From Planctomycetota bacterium (GTDB lineage Bacteria > Planctomycetota > Phycisphaerae > WQYP01), in assembly GCA_021851715.1 (NCBI GenBank), contig JAJZCR010000001.1:7517-71516 (forward strand): a stretch of 64,000 nucleotides of DNA, read 5' to 3'. Under the pieces are notes generated by a model. It saw only the letters and a list, made by a program, of their open reading frames with translations, did not search any database and was not told the origin of the DNA. This document shows positions 40,237-50,281 of the stretch, piece after piece. The position numbers and the translations under genes were made by a program. Positions within the stretch are counted from its first letter, which is position 1; each line of letters begins with the position of its first letter.

Positions 40237-41931
40237 ATGGACGCACCGGCCCGCAAAATAAAATCGGGATGTAAAAATAACATGAACAGCAACCTGTTAA
40301 TACCCTTGATGCTACTGGCTACCATGATCGGTGCACTGCTGGTGTTGGCCCTGCCCCGCTGCGACAACGACCGAACCGCAGGCATGCTGGCTTTTTTTGT
40401 TTCGCTGGTGCCGCTGGCCCTGGGCGTGCTGATGGCCACGCATTTTAATTACCAGGATGGCGGGCAGTGGCAGGAAGTTTTTAACGCGGCCTGGATTCCG
40501 CAACTGGGCATACGATTTTCCGTGGGTATTGATGCCATCAGTCTGTGGCTGACTCTGCTGACGGTGGTGGTAACGCCGCTGTGCATTCTCGACGGAATAG
40601 GCAAAGTCCGTCATCGGCATAACGAATTTTATTTTTGGATGCTGTTGATGTATTTCGGCCTGATCGGCATGTTTTGCGCCACGGATGTCATGCTGTTTTA
40701 CCTGTTTTTTGAATTTACCCTCATTCCCATGTTTTTCCTGATCGGAATATGGGGAGGGGCGGAACGCCGGCGGGCGGCGGGCAAATTTTTTCTGTATGCC
40801 TTTACCGGCTCGGTGTTTGTGTTGGCCAGTCTTATTTACCTGGCCTGGGTACACGACGCCAAATTCGGCACGGTATCCTTTTCACTAAACGCCCTGTACA
40901 AAGCCGGGCAATCCTTAAGCCTTGGCCAGCAATGCCTGGTGTTTGCGGGATTACTCATCGGCTTTGCCATCAAGGTGCCGCTGTTTCCGGTGCATACCTG
41001 GCTGCCGCTGGCCTTGTCCGAATCTCCCACACCCGCGGCCGTGATGATGGCCACTTTTAAACTGGGGGCATACGGCCTGATCCGTTTTGCCCTGCCCATG
41101 TTGCCGCTGGCGGTGGAGCGGCTGACACCTTTGCTGGCGGTGTTGTGCATTATCTCCATCCTTTACGCGGCCCTGGTAAGCTGGGTGCAAAAGGATATGA
41201 AAAAATTGATTGCCTATTCGCTGGTCAGCCATCTGGGCCTGTGCGTGCTGGCCATGCTGGCTTTGACCACCACGGGGCTGACCGGATCCGTGATGATCAT
41301 GATCAACCAGGGCCTGACCGTAGCTGCGCTGCTGCTGATCATCGGCATGATTCAACAACGATACGGTACCCGCAACCTGAAAGATGTCTCCGGCTTGTTC
41401 CTGCGATTGCCGGCCCTGGGTTTTTTTGCGGGATTTTTTGTCATCGCCACCGTTGCGGTTCCCGGCCTGAACGGTTTTATCAGTGAATTGCTTTCACTGG
41501 TGGGAACTTATGTCAGCGGCGGCAGCCACGGCGGACAGCTTGGCCCATTCTACGCCATTCCCGCGGCGCTGGGCATGATTTTCGGGGCCTTGTATATGCT
41601 GTATTGGCTTGGCAAGGTCTTTTTTGGGCCGCTGGAAGAACCGGTCCTGGATTCTTCCGCCGCTTCCGCTCCTGTTGCCGTGCCGCCAAGGGACTTAAAT
41701 TTCCGCGAATGGCTCGTCTTGGCGCCCTTGGCGGTATTGGTGCTGATTTTGGGCATTTATCCCAATCCGCTGCTGCGGTCACTCGATCCGGCGGTCAGGG
41801 AAATTCGCGCCCCGGACGTGGCGGTGGAAATGTCCGGTCCGGCCGGACATCCGTCGGAGATGGTGCTGTCCGCCCGCCATAAGTTACTCGTTAAGCGATC
41901 GCCGCAGGTGGTTGCGGCATCCATGCGCTGA
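40237..41931 (+). CDS. nuoM: NADH-quinone oxidoreductase subunit M
   Basis: Antiporter-like subunit (…FKVPLFPVHTWLPLA...). The start may be MNSNLL at 40282. Confidence 0.9.
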   Translation: MDAPARKIKSGCKNNMNSNLLIPLMLLATMIGALLVLALPRCDNDRTAGMLAFFVSLVPLALGVLMATHFNYQDGGQWQEVFNAAWIPQLGIRFSVGIDAISLWLTLLTVVVTPLCILDGIGKVRHRHNEFYFWMLLMYFGLIGMFCATDVMLFYLFFEFTLIPMFFLIGIWGGAERRRAAGKFFLYAFTGSVFVLASLIYLAWVHDAKFGTVSFSLNALYKAGQSLSLGQQCLVFAGLLIGFAIKVPLFPVHTWLPLALSESPTPAAVMMATFKLGAYGLIRFALPMLPLAVERLTPLLAVLCIISILYAALVSWVQKDMKKLIAYSLVSHLGLCVLAMLALTTTGLTGSVMIMINQGLTVAALLLIIGMIQQRYGTRNLKDVSGLFLRLPALGFFAGFFVIATVAVPGLNGFISELLSLVGTYVSGGSHGGQLGPFYAIPAALGMIFGALYMLYWLGKVFFGPLEEPVLDSSAASAPVAVPPRDLNFREWLVLAPLAVLVLILGIYPNPLLRSLDPAVREIRAPDVAVEMSGPAGHPSEMVLSARHKLLVKRSPQVVAASMR

Positions 41932-41948
41932 ATTGTAAGGGATATTAC

Positions 41949-43577
41949 GTGGCTGATGATGTAAACACCTCGCTGCTGGGCTTATTGCCAGAGATTATTT
42001 TGCTTTGCGCCGCCGCGGTGGTTTTGCTTTTGGGGCTGGTCCGTCGCGATGTGCTGCGCCGGCTGACGCAGTGGACGGCGGTCATCGGGGTCATCGTGGC
42101 GCTGGTGGCGGCCTATAGCAACGACGTTCAGAGCCATACCACTTCGCTGGGTGCCTTCATGACACTTTTGACCTGTGGTATCGGGTTGCTGCTGCTGTTT
42201 TCCGCCTGGGAAATGCCGTTTGCCATGGATCCTGCCCATACCGATCGCCACTATCGCGGCGAATTTTTTGCCATGTTACTTTGCTCGCTGGCGGGCGTCA
42301 GTATGATGGCCAAAGTCAATAACCTGATCTGGCTGTTTCTGGCGTTGGAATTGGTTTCCATTCCTACGTACATTCTGGTGGCCACGGGCCGCGGCCAAAG
42401 CGAAGCCCAGGAAGCCGGCATCAAGTATTTTTTTCTGGGGGCGCTTTCAGCCGCCATTTATCTTTTCGGCTTCAGCTACCTCTACGGCTTTTCCGGCAGT
42501 ACGCAGTTTTCAGCCATCACCGCGGTTTTTCAATCCGATATCAGCCAGCACCAACTGCCCTGGATGGCCATTATCGGGTTGCTTTTGGTGCTGCTGGGCA
42601 TTTCCTACAAAATTGCCGCTGTGCCGCTGCACTTTTACGCCGCTGATGTGTATCAGGGGGCGGCCACGCCAGTTACCGCCTTTCTTTCTTTTGCGCCCAA
42701 AGCCGCCGGCTTTGTGGCCATCATTTTGCTGCTGGGCCTGACCGGCTGGCATTTTTCCAGCGGCCCCGACATCACCATTCCAGCGCTGCTCACGGTGATG
42801 GCGGTTTTAACCATGACCATCGGCAATGTGCTGGCGCTGCTGCAGCGCAACATCAAGCGCATGTTTGCCTTCAGTTCCATCGCCCACAGTGGCTACATTC
42901 TGGCGGCATTGGTGGCCGGACCAGCCTTGGTTGCCGGCGGTGGCTGGGCTCATGACGGCGTTGCTGCGGCCCTGTTTTACCTGGCCGCTTACAGCCTCAT
43001 GACCGTGGGGGCGTTTGCGGCGCTCATTTATATGCAGGGCAAAGCGGATGGGGCGGAAGATATTGACGATATTGCCGGCATTTCCTCCGAACATCCCCTG
43101 ACTGCTGCCTGCATGGCCATATGCCTGCTGAGCCTGATTGGTATGCCGGGGACTATTGGCTTTCTGGGCAAGCTCTTTATTGTGCAGGCGGATCTTTCCA
43201 CCGGCCATTGGATTCTGGCCATTCTGGTGGTGGTGAACGCGGCGATAGCCGCGGCGTATTACTTGCGCATTATTGCCGCGATGTATGTGCGGGAGCCATG
43301 GACTCCGTCGCACGTGCGTACCACGCTGGCCCCGCGGTTTGCCGCAGCCCTGTGTGCCGCCATGGTTATTGGCTTCGGTTTGGCCCCCAGTCGGTTGCTG
43401 TCTGACATTCGCCGCGCCGCCGATTTCATGGCAGGCAGTTCCGGTGCCGTGCGCCTGACAGCCCTCCCAAAAGATACTCCGGGGGCAACAGCCCGGTTAT
43501 TGCCGCCATCGCCGGTACTGGGCCGGAATCCGGCCGCGGTCGCACTGCGTATGCCATCGCGTTTGATCGGCCGGTGA
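41949..43577 (+). CDS. nuoN: NADH-quinone oxidoreductase subunit N
   Basis: Antiporter-like subunit. It is the last gene of the run. Confidence 0.9.
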   Translation: MADDVNTSLLGLLPEIILLCAAAVVLLLGLVRRDVLRRLTQWTAVIGVIVALVAAYSNDVQSHTTSLGAFMTLLTCGIGLLLLFSAWEMPFAMDPAHTDRHYRGEFFAMLLCSLAGVSMMAKVNNLIWLFLALELVSIPTYILVATGRGQSEAQEAGIKYFFLGALSAAIYLFGFSYLYGFSGSTQFSAITAVFQSDISQHQLPWMAIIGLLLVLLGISYKIAAVPLHFYAADVYQGAATPVTAFLSFAPKAAGFVAIILLLGLTGWHFSSGPDITIPALLTVMAVLTMTIGNVLALLQRNIKRMFAFSSIAHSGYILAALVAGPALVAGGGWAHDGVAAALFYLAAYSLMTVGAFAALIYMQGKADGAEDIDDIAGISSEHPLTAACMAICLLSLIGMPGTIGFLGKLFIVQADLSTGHWILAILVVVNAAIAAAYYLRIIAAMYVREPWTPSHVRTTLAPRFAAALCAAMVIGFGLAPSRLLSDIRRAADFMAGSSGAVRLTALPKDTPGATARLLPPSPVLGRNPAAVALRMPSRLIGR

Positions 43578-43716
43578 AATTTCCGTGGCCCGGCGGTAGG
43601 CTGCCAAAGGCGAAACGATCAGACCCATGAAGACATAACGGTGGTACCGGCCCGCGCAAGAGCACCAAATCAGCGCCGGCCCAATGGTGATAAGTAAATA
43701 ACAAAAGAGGTGTTTC

Positions 43717-44922
43717 ATGCAATTGGCACAGCGGCTTGACGTTGTCGCGGAGTCCATCACCCTGGCGGTTACGGCGCGGGCGGCCGTCTTGCGCAAGCAA
43801 GGCGTGGATGTGGTAAGCTTTGGGGCCGGTGAGCCGGATTTCGACACCCCCGGCCCCATTAAAAAAGCCGCCATTGATGCCCTTCTGGCCGGCAAAACCA
43901 AGTATGAACCTACGCCCGGCACGCCGGAGGCCCGCCAAGCCATCGCGGGCAAGCTGTCCCGCCACAATCATTTACACTACAAGCCTGAGGAAATTATCGT
44001 CTCGGTCGGTGGTAAGCACTCCCTGTATACAGCGTTTATGGCAGTCCTTAACCCCGGCGATGAAGTCATTATTCCCGCACCCTATTGGGTCAGCTATCCG
44101 GAAATGGTGAAATTGGCGGGTGGCGTGCCGGTGTTCGTCAAGGGGCAGGAGAACTGCGATTTTAAAATCTCTCCCGAGCAGCTTGCCGCGGCTATCACCC
44201 CTAAAACCCGCATGGTCATCATCAATTCGCCCAGCAATCCCGGCGGTCATACGTATCATCCTGCCGAGCTTTCCGCTCTGGCTGCGGTCCTGGAGCCGCA
44301 CCGCGATATCTGGGTCTGCAGCGATGAAATTTACGAGCGACTCATCTATGTCGGCCAGCAAACCTGTTCATGGGCCGCCCTCAACTGGGAAGTCTGGAAA
44401 GACCGCACCATTACCTGCAATTGCCTGAGTAAAACCTACGCCATGACTGGTTGGCGCATCGGCTATACCGCGGGGCCCAAAAGCTTGATCGCCGCCATGA
44501 ACAAGCTGCAAAGCCAAATGACCAGTAACATCACCAGCTTTTGCATGCCCGCCATTGTAGAAGCCTACAGCAATCCCAATCTGGAACAGGATGTGGAAAA
44601 AATGCGTGAAGCCTTTGAGGCCCGCGGTCTGCATATCTGGAAGAGGCTTAACGCCATTCCCGGCCTCAAGTGCGTGCGGCCCACCGGGGCGTTTTATGTG
44701 TTTCCAGATATCAGCGGGGTGCTGAATCGTTCGCTGGGGCCCTCGGCCCAGGTGGCGACGCAAGCCGTTGAGTTCTGCAAAATCATTCTCGATGAAGCGC
44801 ACGTTGCCCTGGTGCCCGGTACCGACTTTGGCTTTCCCGACCATGTTCGCCTGAGCTTTGCCACCAGCATGGTTAATATTGATAAAGGTGTTGATCGCCT
44901 GGAAGCATTTTTGAAGTGCTGA
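43717..44922 (+). CDS. Class I PLP-dependent aminotransferase (aspartate/aromatic type)
   Basis: GEPDFDTP, NSPSNPGG and the SKTYAMTGWRIGY Lys-pyridoxal motif. Confidence 0.85.
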   Translation: MQLAQRLDVVAESITLAVTARAAVLRKQGVDVVSFGAGEPDFDTPGPIKKAAIDALLAGKTKYEPTPGTPEARQAIAGKLSRHNHLHYKPEEIIVSVGGKHSLYTAFMAVLNPGDEVIIPAPYWVSYPEMVKLAGGVPVFVKGQENCDFKISPEQLAAAITPKTRMVIINSPSNPGGHTYHPAELSALAAVLEPHRDIWVCSDEIYERLIYVGQQTCSWAALNWEVWKDRTITCNCLSKTYAMTGWRIGYTAGPKSLIAAMNKLQSQMTSNITSFCMPAIVEAYSNPNLEQDVEKMREAFEARGLHIWKRLNAIPGLKCVRPTGAFYVFPDISGVLNRSLGPSAQVATQAVEFCKIILDEAHVALVPGTDFGFPDHVRLSFATSMVNIDKGVDRLEAFLKC

Positions 44923-45034
44923 CCGCCGCTGACTGACTTGGATATAACGTTTTGCCCCGCGCCAAGCGGATGCCCATGAACATTTCCGCTGCTTACTCCA
45001 TGCGGGATAGCCGGAGGTGGCCCCACGCATGGCC

Positions 45035-45085
45035 GCACCCCAACCACAATGCATAGCCGTGCGCTTTGCCTTGTGGTTGGGGTGC
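45035..45085. terminator. 15-bp perfect stem hairpin (GCACCCCAACCACAA-N21-TTGTGGTTGGGGTGC) between convergent genes
   Basis: Read directly. It is nested inside a 171-bp element bounded by a 15-bp inverted repeat GGATATAACGTTTTG (44940-44954) and CAAAGCGTTATATCC (45096-45110), with one mismatch. Confidence 0.5.
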
Positions 45086-45117
45086 AACCCGAAGTCAAAG
45101 CGTTATATCCGCACTGC

Positions 45118-45684
45118 TTACCGATTGCCCGGCGGGGGCGTTAGCACTTGACCGATGGTATAAATGGCCGCGTTATCGACCATGATCGGGCCGGAGATAA
45201 TGGGTACGCCGTTCACGGCCGTGATTTTCCCATTGCCGGTGATTAAAACCATCTTATGTCCATTGGCCGTCAGCTCGCGCAGCGTGGCGTGGCGCGGGTC
45301 GAGCACCACGGGGCTGGCGATGGCATGATAGAAAATAAGGTTGCGCAGCGACTGGCGATTTTTCGATTTCATCAGGGTGGCCAGTTTGGCCGGGGCAATT
45401 TTGGCAAACGCGGCGTTGGTCGGAGCAAAGAAAGTATAATAGGCACCGCGCTGCGAGAAGGTTTCTTTCAGGTGCGCTTTTCTGAGGGCCTTGGCCAGCG
45501 TCGTCCACTGCGGTTCGCAATTGATAATTTTGTACAGCGGGCTATGCGCCACGCGCGACGGATTACGCAACAATTTTTTGCAGGCGCACTTATGGAAATG
45601 TTGCTGCCATTGCGAACAGCCCGGCAATGCCGCAGCCAACCCGACCATAAGAACAAGGGCCATCCAGAATTTCTTATAAGCCAT
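45118..45684 (-). CDS. Fasciclin (FAS1) domain lipoprotein
   Basis: Signal peptide with lipobox LAAALPGC. FAS1-like YTFFAPTNAAF...IYTIGQVL. Confidence 0.7.
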   Translation of the reverse strand: MAYKKFWMALVLMVGLAAALPGCSQWQQHFHKCACKKLLRNPSRVAHSPLYKIINCEPQWTTLAKALRKAHLKETFSQRGAYYTFFAPTNAAFAKIAPAKLATLMKSKNRQSLRNLIFYHAIASPVVLDPRHATLRELTANGHKMVLITGNGKITAVNGVPIISGPIMVDNAAIYTIGQVLTPPPGNR

Positions 45685-45867
45685 GTGGTACCCCTTAACA
45701 AAAACCGTTCAGAACAGGCAATATAGAGGCAATGATCGGTAAATTCAACTTGAATTTACCGGTGGAGGATCCGCGAGCCAGGGTGGCTGCCGCGGGAATT
45801 TACTGGCTCAATGCGGCCCCCGGCGGTATGATACTGTGTGGATGTTCCGGGTTGACGCGAGGAAACC

Positions 45868-47904
45868 ATGCGCCTGGGAATTCGGCGCAAGCTGATAGGC
45901 ACTCTTATTCTGGTTGGTCTGCTGCCGCTGGCCTTGAGCCTGATTGCCATTCTCGGCTTAGGTGCTCGCCTGCGCATCAATACCATCCATGTGTCCCTTC
46001 GCGCCCGGGCCAATACCTACGCCCATGAAATTGCCGATCGCCTGCAGGCGGAACTGGACCGGCTTTATTTGTTGGCCCACCTGCCGGAAGTCGTGGCCTA
46101 CACCCGTGAACAGGATGTGTTGGCAACAAAGCGATCCGCTGGAACAACCACGCGGCCTGGAGCCGGCACCCGGCGCATCGAGAATAGGTGGCCCAGTCTG
46201 CCGAGTAATGCGTCACCTTTGCGGATCATTCTGCATAACCCGATTGCCGATCGGCTGCGGCTGGTCAGCCGCAGCAGTCGCGGCGAATATCACATGCTGG
46301 CGGCCGATCGCTATGGCCGCTTGATTGCGGCGGATGTCAAGCCCACAATGTTTTTCCAAGCCGGGCAAGCTTGGTGGAAAAAGGCCATGACCCCGGGCTG
46401 CAGCGGTTACATCAGTTCCATTTTGATTGATCCGGAAAATCGCCAGCCATCCATCGTTCTGGCCGTACCGGTCCGTGAGAACCATGGACATCAAATTTAT
46501 GGTGTGCTGAAAGAGACATGCGACATTCGCTGGATTCAAAAAAGTTTCGCCCGTGGCGTAGGCCCCATTGGTGCCACGGCCCAGATTTTTGACAGCCACT
46601 CCAAGACCACGGCTTTTTTGGTGGGCCGATTGTCGGTCGCACGGGGAGCGCAGGCCAGATTTATCAAAAATCAAGGCCGAATGGATGGTCGCTGGTGGCG
46701 CGAACTGCTGCACGGACCGATTCTGGGATCTGCTCCGGTAGCTTTTGGCATGGGCTTGCAGGTTGGAAGCGGTCATGTGGTGGTGCCGCACTGGAGTGTG
46801 CTGGTCAGTGAACCCACTGCATTGGTGGTCAAGCCCATATACACCATTGGCCGCACCATCGCTTTTGTCGGTGTGGTGCTTATTGCATTGCTGTTTTTGG
46901 TGGGCTACGGCATCAGCCAGCGGGAAATCGTCAATCCCATTATGCGTCTCAGGCAGGCTGCCGGTGCCGTCGGTCGCGGAGAGCTTAATGTGCGGGTTAT
47001 TTCTGAGGACCAGACGGGGCATGTTTTTTTTCAACACGATGAATTAGGCGACCTGGCCCATGATTTTGACAATATGACCCGCCAGTTACAGCGAAATATC
47101 CACCAGTTGGAACGCAGTGATGAGGCCAAAAAAAGATTTCTGGAACTCGCCGGCCATGAATTGCGCACCCCCGTGACCACCATTGTGCTCACGGCGGATT
47201 TGCTGCGGCGGCAACTCAATATCGCCGCTGCCGATGGCGGCAACACGTCCGAAATGCTCCATGCGCTGGATATCATCGGGGCTCGCGCCCGCCGGCTGGA
47301 CAAAATGATCAACGATATCCTGAAACTGGTGCAGACTGATCAATTTTCAGCGCCTCTCAATCGCACCACCTTCGATATGCATGCCTTGATTTTAGAGGTG
47401 TGCCGCGATCAAAGTGCGTTTTTGGCGGAACGCCGGCAGAAAATTGAATTGGATATGCCTGACCAGTTGCCGCCGTTTTTTGGAGATCGTGAAAAGCTCA
47501 GCGATGTGCTCATCAATGTCCTGACCAATGCGATCCGATTTTCCCCCGATGGTGCCGTGATTCATCTGGCCGCCCACAAAACCGTGGATGATCGCCTCGA
47601 AATTCTCATTTGCGACTCCGGTTCCGGCATTGCCCCCCAGCATCTGGATCAAATCTTCCAGCCATTCCAGACCGGCGAAGATATGCGGCATCATCACAGT
47701 GGGACGGTCGAGTATGGCAGCCGCGGATTGGGGCTGGGGTTGGCCATTGTACGTCGCTTTGTCGAAGCCCATGATGGGCGGGTGGATGTTCGTTCTACGC
47801 CAGAGGGAACCCAAGTATTTATCAGTTTGCCGCTGACCATGCCGCAGCCGGCAGCACCCGAGCCGTCGTTGCCTGCCGCTATTGCGGATTTCCCCACGAT
47901 TTAG
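45868..47904 (+). CDS. Sensor histidine kinase with a periplasmic sensing domain, HAMP, HisKA and HATPase_c
   Basis: Two transmembrane segments flank a periplasmic domain of about 270 aa. H-box ELAGHELRTP. G-boxes DSGSGI and GLGLGLAIV. Confidence 0.85.
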   Translation: MRLGIRRKLIGTLILVGLLPLALSLIAILGLGARLRINTIHVSLRARANTYAHEIADRLQAELDRLYLLAHLPEVVAYTREQDVLATKRSAGTTTRPGAGTRRIENRWPSLPSNASPLRIILHNPIADRLRLVSRSSRGEYHMLAADRYGRLIAADVKPTMFFQAGQAWWKKAMTPGCSGYISSILIDPENRQPSIVLAVPVRENHGHQIYGVLKETCDIRWIQKSFARGVGPIGATAQIFDSHSKTTAFLVGRLSVARGAQARFIKNQGRMDGRWWRELLHGPILGSAPVAFGMGLQVGSGHVVVPHWSVLVSEPTALVVKPIYTIGRTIAFVGVVLIALLFLVGYGISQREIVNPIMRLRQAAGAVGRGELNVRVISEDQTGHVFFQHDELGDLAHDFDNMTRQLQRNIHQLERSDEAKKRFLELAGHELRTPVTTIVLTADLLRRQLNIAAADGGNTSEMLHALDIIGARARRLDKMINDILKLVQTDQFSAPLNRTTFDMHALILEVCRDQSAFLAERRQKIELDMPDQLPPFFGDREKLSDVLINVLTNAIRFSPDGAVIHLAAHKTVDDRLEILICDSGSGIAPQHLDQIFQPFQTGEDMRHHHSGTVEYGSRGLGLGLAIVRRFVEAHDGRVDVRSTPEGTQVFISLPLTMPQPAAPEPSLPAAIADFPTI

Positions 47905-48085
47905 AAAGCCTGCTCCAGGGCAGGTGATCAAGACACGTGTAACCAATCACGATCCATTGTCTCGGGAGCCTGAAGCCGCCGAATTGCCGATTTCATCTGA
48001 CGTTTCATTTTGAACATTTATGAACCTGTACATGTGCATGGTGCTGCCCTGGCTGCTATAATACGGGCATACGGCGAGGTGCCTT

Positions 48086-48361
48086 ATGGCCATCATGATT
48101 CAACTGCCGACTGAGATCGAAGAATATCTCCGTGGTCAGAACCCGCGGCTGGACACGCATGCCCGTGATCAGTTCCTGGTTGCCCAGTACCAGGCCGGTA
48201 AGCTGAGCACCGGGGATATCACCGTGATCCTGGGCTTGGAGACGCGCTTCCAGGCTGAAGAATGGCTTGCCGAACACGGTGCCTGTCAGAACTATTCCGC
48301 CGAAGACCTGGAGGCCGATAGTCAGACCCTTAATCGTATTCTTGGACCGGTGCGCCCCTGA
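48086..48361 (+). CDS. UPF0175-family small protein (putative antitoxin)
   Basis: 91 aa. ...GKLSTGDITVILGLETRFQAEEWLAEHGA matches the UPF0175 HTH-like core. Its stop overlaps the next ATG (TGATG). Confidence 0.55.
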   Translation: MAIMIQLPTEIEEYLRGQNPRLDTHARDQFLVAQYQAGKLSTGDITVILGLETRFQAEEWLAEHGACQNYSAEDLEADSQTLNRILGPVRP

Positions 48362-48858
48362 TGCTTGTGGTTTCTGAGCCAGCCCCGTCAACATCCTGAT
48401 CCGCATCGGGCAGATCGATGTGCTGCCTGTGTTGTTTAAATCCGTGGTGATCCCCACCGCCGTTGTACAAGAACTGACCCATCCAGCTACGCCTCAGAGG
48501 GTCCGGGACTGGATGGCCCGCCCACCGGTTTGGTTTTCTGTACGCTCCCCGTCGGCACCGGCACCTTTGACCATGTTACGTCATCGCGGTGAACGTGATG
48601 CCATCAGCCTTGCCCAGGAGATTCGCGCTGACGCCCTCCTGCTGGACGAAGCAAAAGCCCGCAACGAAGCGCTTTCTCTCGGCCGTTGCCGTCATCGGCA
48701 CTGTTGGCGTCCTCCAGCGAGCTGCTGACCAAGGACTGATTAACGACCTGAAGTCTGTGCATGACCCGTTCCGACAAGCCAAGTTCCACGTCAGCGAGAA
48801 GGTTCTACAAGATTCCTTGGCACGCCACGTGACCTTCCGACAGACTCGCGGCAAGTAA
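48361..48858 (+). pseudogene. DUF3368 (PIN-like) toxin gene disrupted by at least two frameshifts
   Basis: Frame 1 reads MLVVSEPAP.... The +1 frame reads VNILIRIGQIDVLPVLFKSVVIPTAVVQELT...RGERDAISLAQEIRADALLLDEAKARNEA. A later frame reads ...VAVIGTVGVLQRAADQGLINDLKSVHDPFRQAKFHVSEKVLQDSLA. Together these reconstitute a full DUF3368 consensus. Confidence 0.5.
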
Positions 48859-48979
48859 TCCTGTACCATGGTTCTTCTTGCGCGGTCCCTCAAGTGGTGG
48901 CCGCTCCGCCGCTCCTGCAATGGACCATGCCGGGGTCGTATTTCGTAAGCCCCACAGGTAAGATATTACCATTCTGCGG

Positions 48980-50281
48980 GTGAATGACATGGCTATCGCG
49001 TTTCTTTCTCCCTGGTGGTTGATCGCTGCAGTGGTCGTCGCCGGACTGGCGCTGCTGGCAGTATGGTCGCTCGGGCTTACGCCAATGCCCACTTCCACCT
49101 TGCAATTCTGGCAGTCAGCGGCGAGTTCCGCAGGCCGTCAGGATTCACGCAAAATAGATCCGCTCTGGCTGCTGGTGGCGGTGGCCACAGCGCTGGCCGC
49201 CCTGGCTCTTTTACAGCCTATTCTCAAAACTTTTCCACCTCGATCCGCCATGCAGGCACCGCCCACCATCATTGCCGCCGGAGCCGCCATTCCGCAAGCC
49301 CAAACAGGCTCCATTTTCGTACGCTCGCGGACGCTGCTAACCGGTCCCGGCCCATTGCAACTCGACATTTCGTGGCCAGGTGGACGACAGGCCGAGCAAA
49401 TTTCCGCTCGTCAGCTTCAAGCCGGAATCACATTTGCTGGCATACCCACTTCCGCCAAAGTCTGGAACATTGCCCTGACTGCCACGGGCAACATCCTTTG
49501 GCGACAAACTTTGAAACGCCAAACGCCGCCGACCGTGGCCGTTAATTTTCTTGGGACGCCTCCACGGTCCCTGGTCCGTTTGTGCAGCTTGGTCAAAGGG
49601 GTGGCGATAAACAAGCTAGGGCTTCACCCTGCTTTGTGGATTCTCAAGACCGCCCATACCAGCCTTGGCCGAGCCTCCATCGCTCATGGTGATACGGTGC
49701 TGGCCATAGCTCCCGCAGTTCTGCCCGGTATTACCCTTCATTCACCAGATGCGATTGTTCCGGCCCGAGGCCGGGCCATGGCGCACTTGCTTCTGGAGAA
49801 GACCCTCTCTGATCGGCTGTTGGATCATGTCCGGCTGAATCAGATCGGATGCAGGATTTTTTACAAGGCGCACCTCAATGCACATTGGAAAGTACTGGTA
49901 ACGGCCACGGGCCAAGGTTTGGGTAGCCACCCATGGCCCTTCCTGGCCCAGCGTTATGAAAAAAACGGCAGTGTATGGGAGTTCTGGCTGGCGGTACCGT
50001 TGAATTTTCGCTCTACGTCCTGGCCCCGGCACAGCTCGTTTGTGATTTTTTTCGCCAATGTGCTCCAACGTCTGCGTGCCCACGGCCCAGCGGATATGTC
50101 GGTTACGCGGTGGGTGGCCCCGGCTTTACCGCTTACGCCCGGTAGCGCAGCACCGCATCAACCACCCGGCCCGAAGATCATTTCATTGGCGGGTTGGTTG
50201 GCCCTGGTGGCGGGGGGGCTGGTGACGGTGGCGATGGTTGGTTTTCTGCGGCGAATCTGGCCGGTTCGAACTGCACGATAA
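48980..50281 (+). CDS. Membrane-anchored hypothetical protein with a BatA / N-terminal double-transmembrane-domain-like start
   Basis: N-terminal AFLSPWWLIAAVVVAGLALLAVWSL, with a second transmembrane segment at the C-terminus. 433 aa. Its 3' end overlaps panC convergently. Confidence 0.45.
   Translation: MNDMAIAFLSPWWLIAAVVVAGLALLAVWSLGLTPMPTSTLQFWQSAASSAGRQDSRKIDPLWLLVAVATALAALALLQPILKTFPPRSAMQAPPTIIAAGAAIPQAQTGSIFVRSRTLLTGPGPLQLDISWPGGRQAEQISARQLQAGITFAGIPTSAKVWNIALTATGNILWRQTLKRQTPPTVAVNFLGTPPRSLVRLCSLVKGVAINKLGLHPALWILKTAHTSLGRASIAHGDTVLAIAPAVLPGITLHSPDAIVPARGRAMAHLLLEKTLSDRLLDHVRLNQIGCRIFYKAHLNAHWKVLVTATGQGLGSHPWPFLAQRYEKNGSVWEFWLAVPLNFRSTSWPRHSSFVIFFANVLQRLRAHGPADMSVTRWVAPALPLTPGSAAPHQPPGPKIISLAGWLALVAGGLVTVAMVGFLRRIWPVRTAR

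Noticed and set aside
47905-47930. CCTGC-TCCAGG-GCAGG hairpin after the histidine kinase stop, considered as a terminator
   Set aside because: The stem is only 5 bp and has no U-tract.
50255-50275. GGTTCGAAC T-loop-like string, checked as a possible tRNA
   Set aside because: It lacks surrounding acceptor, D and anticodon stem complementarity and lies inside overlapping CDS tails. I recognised no tRNA genes in this window.
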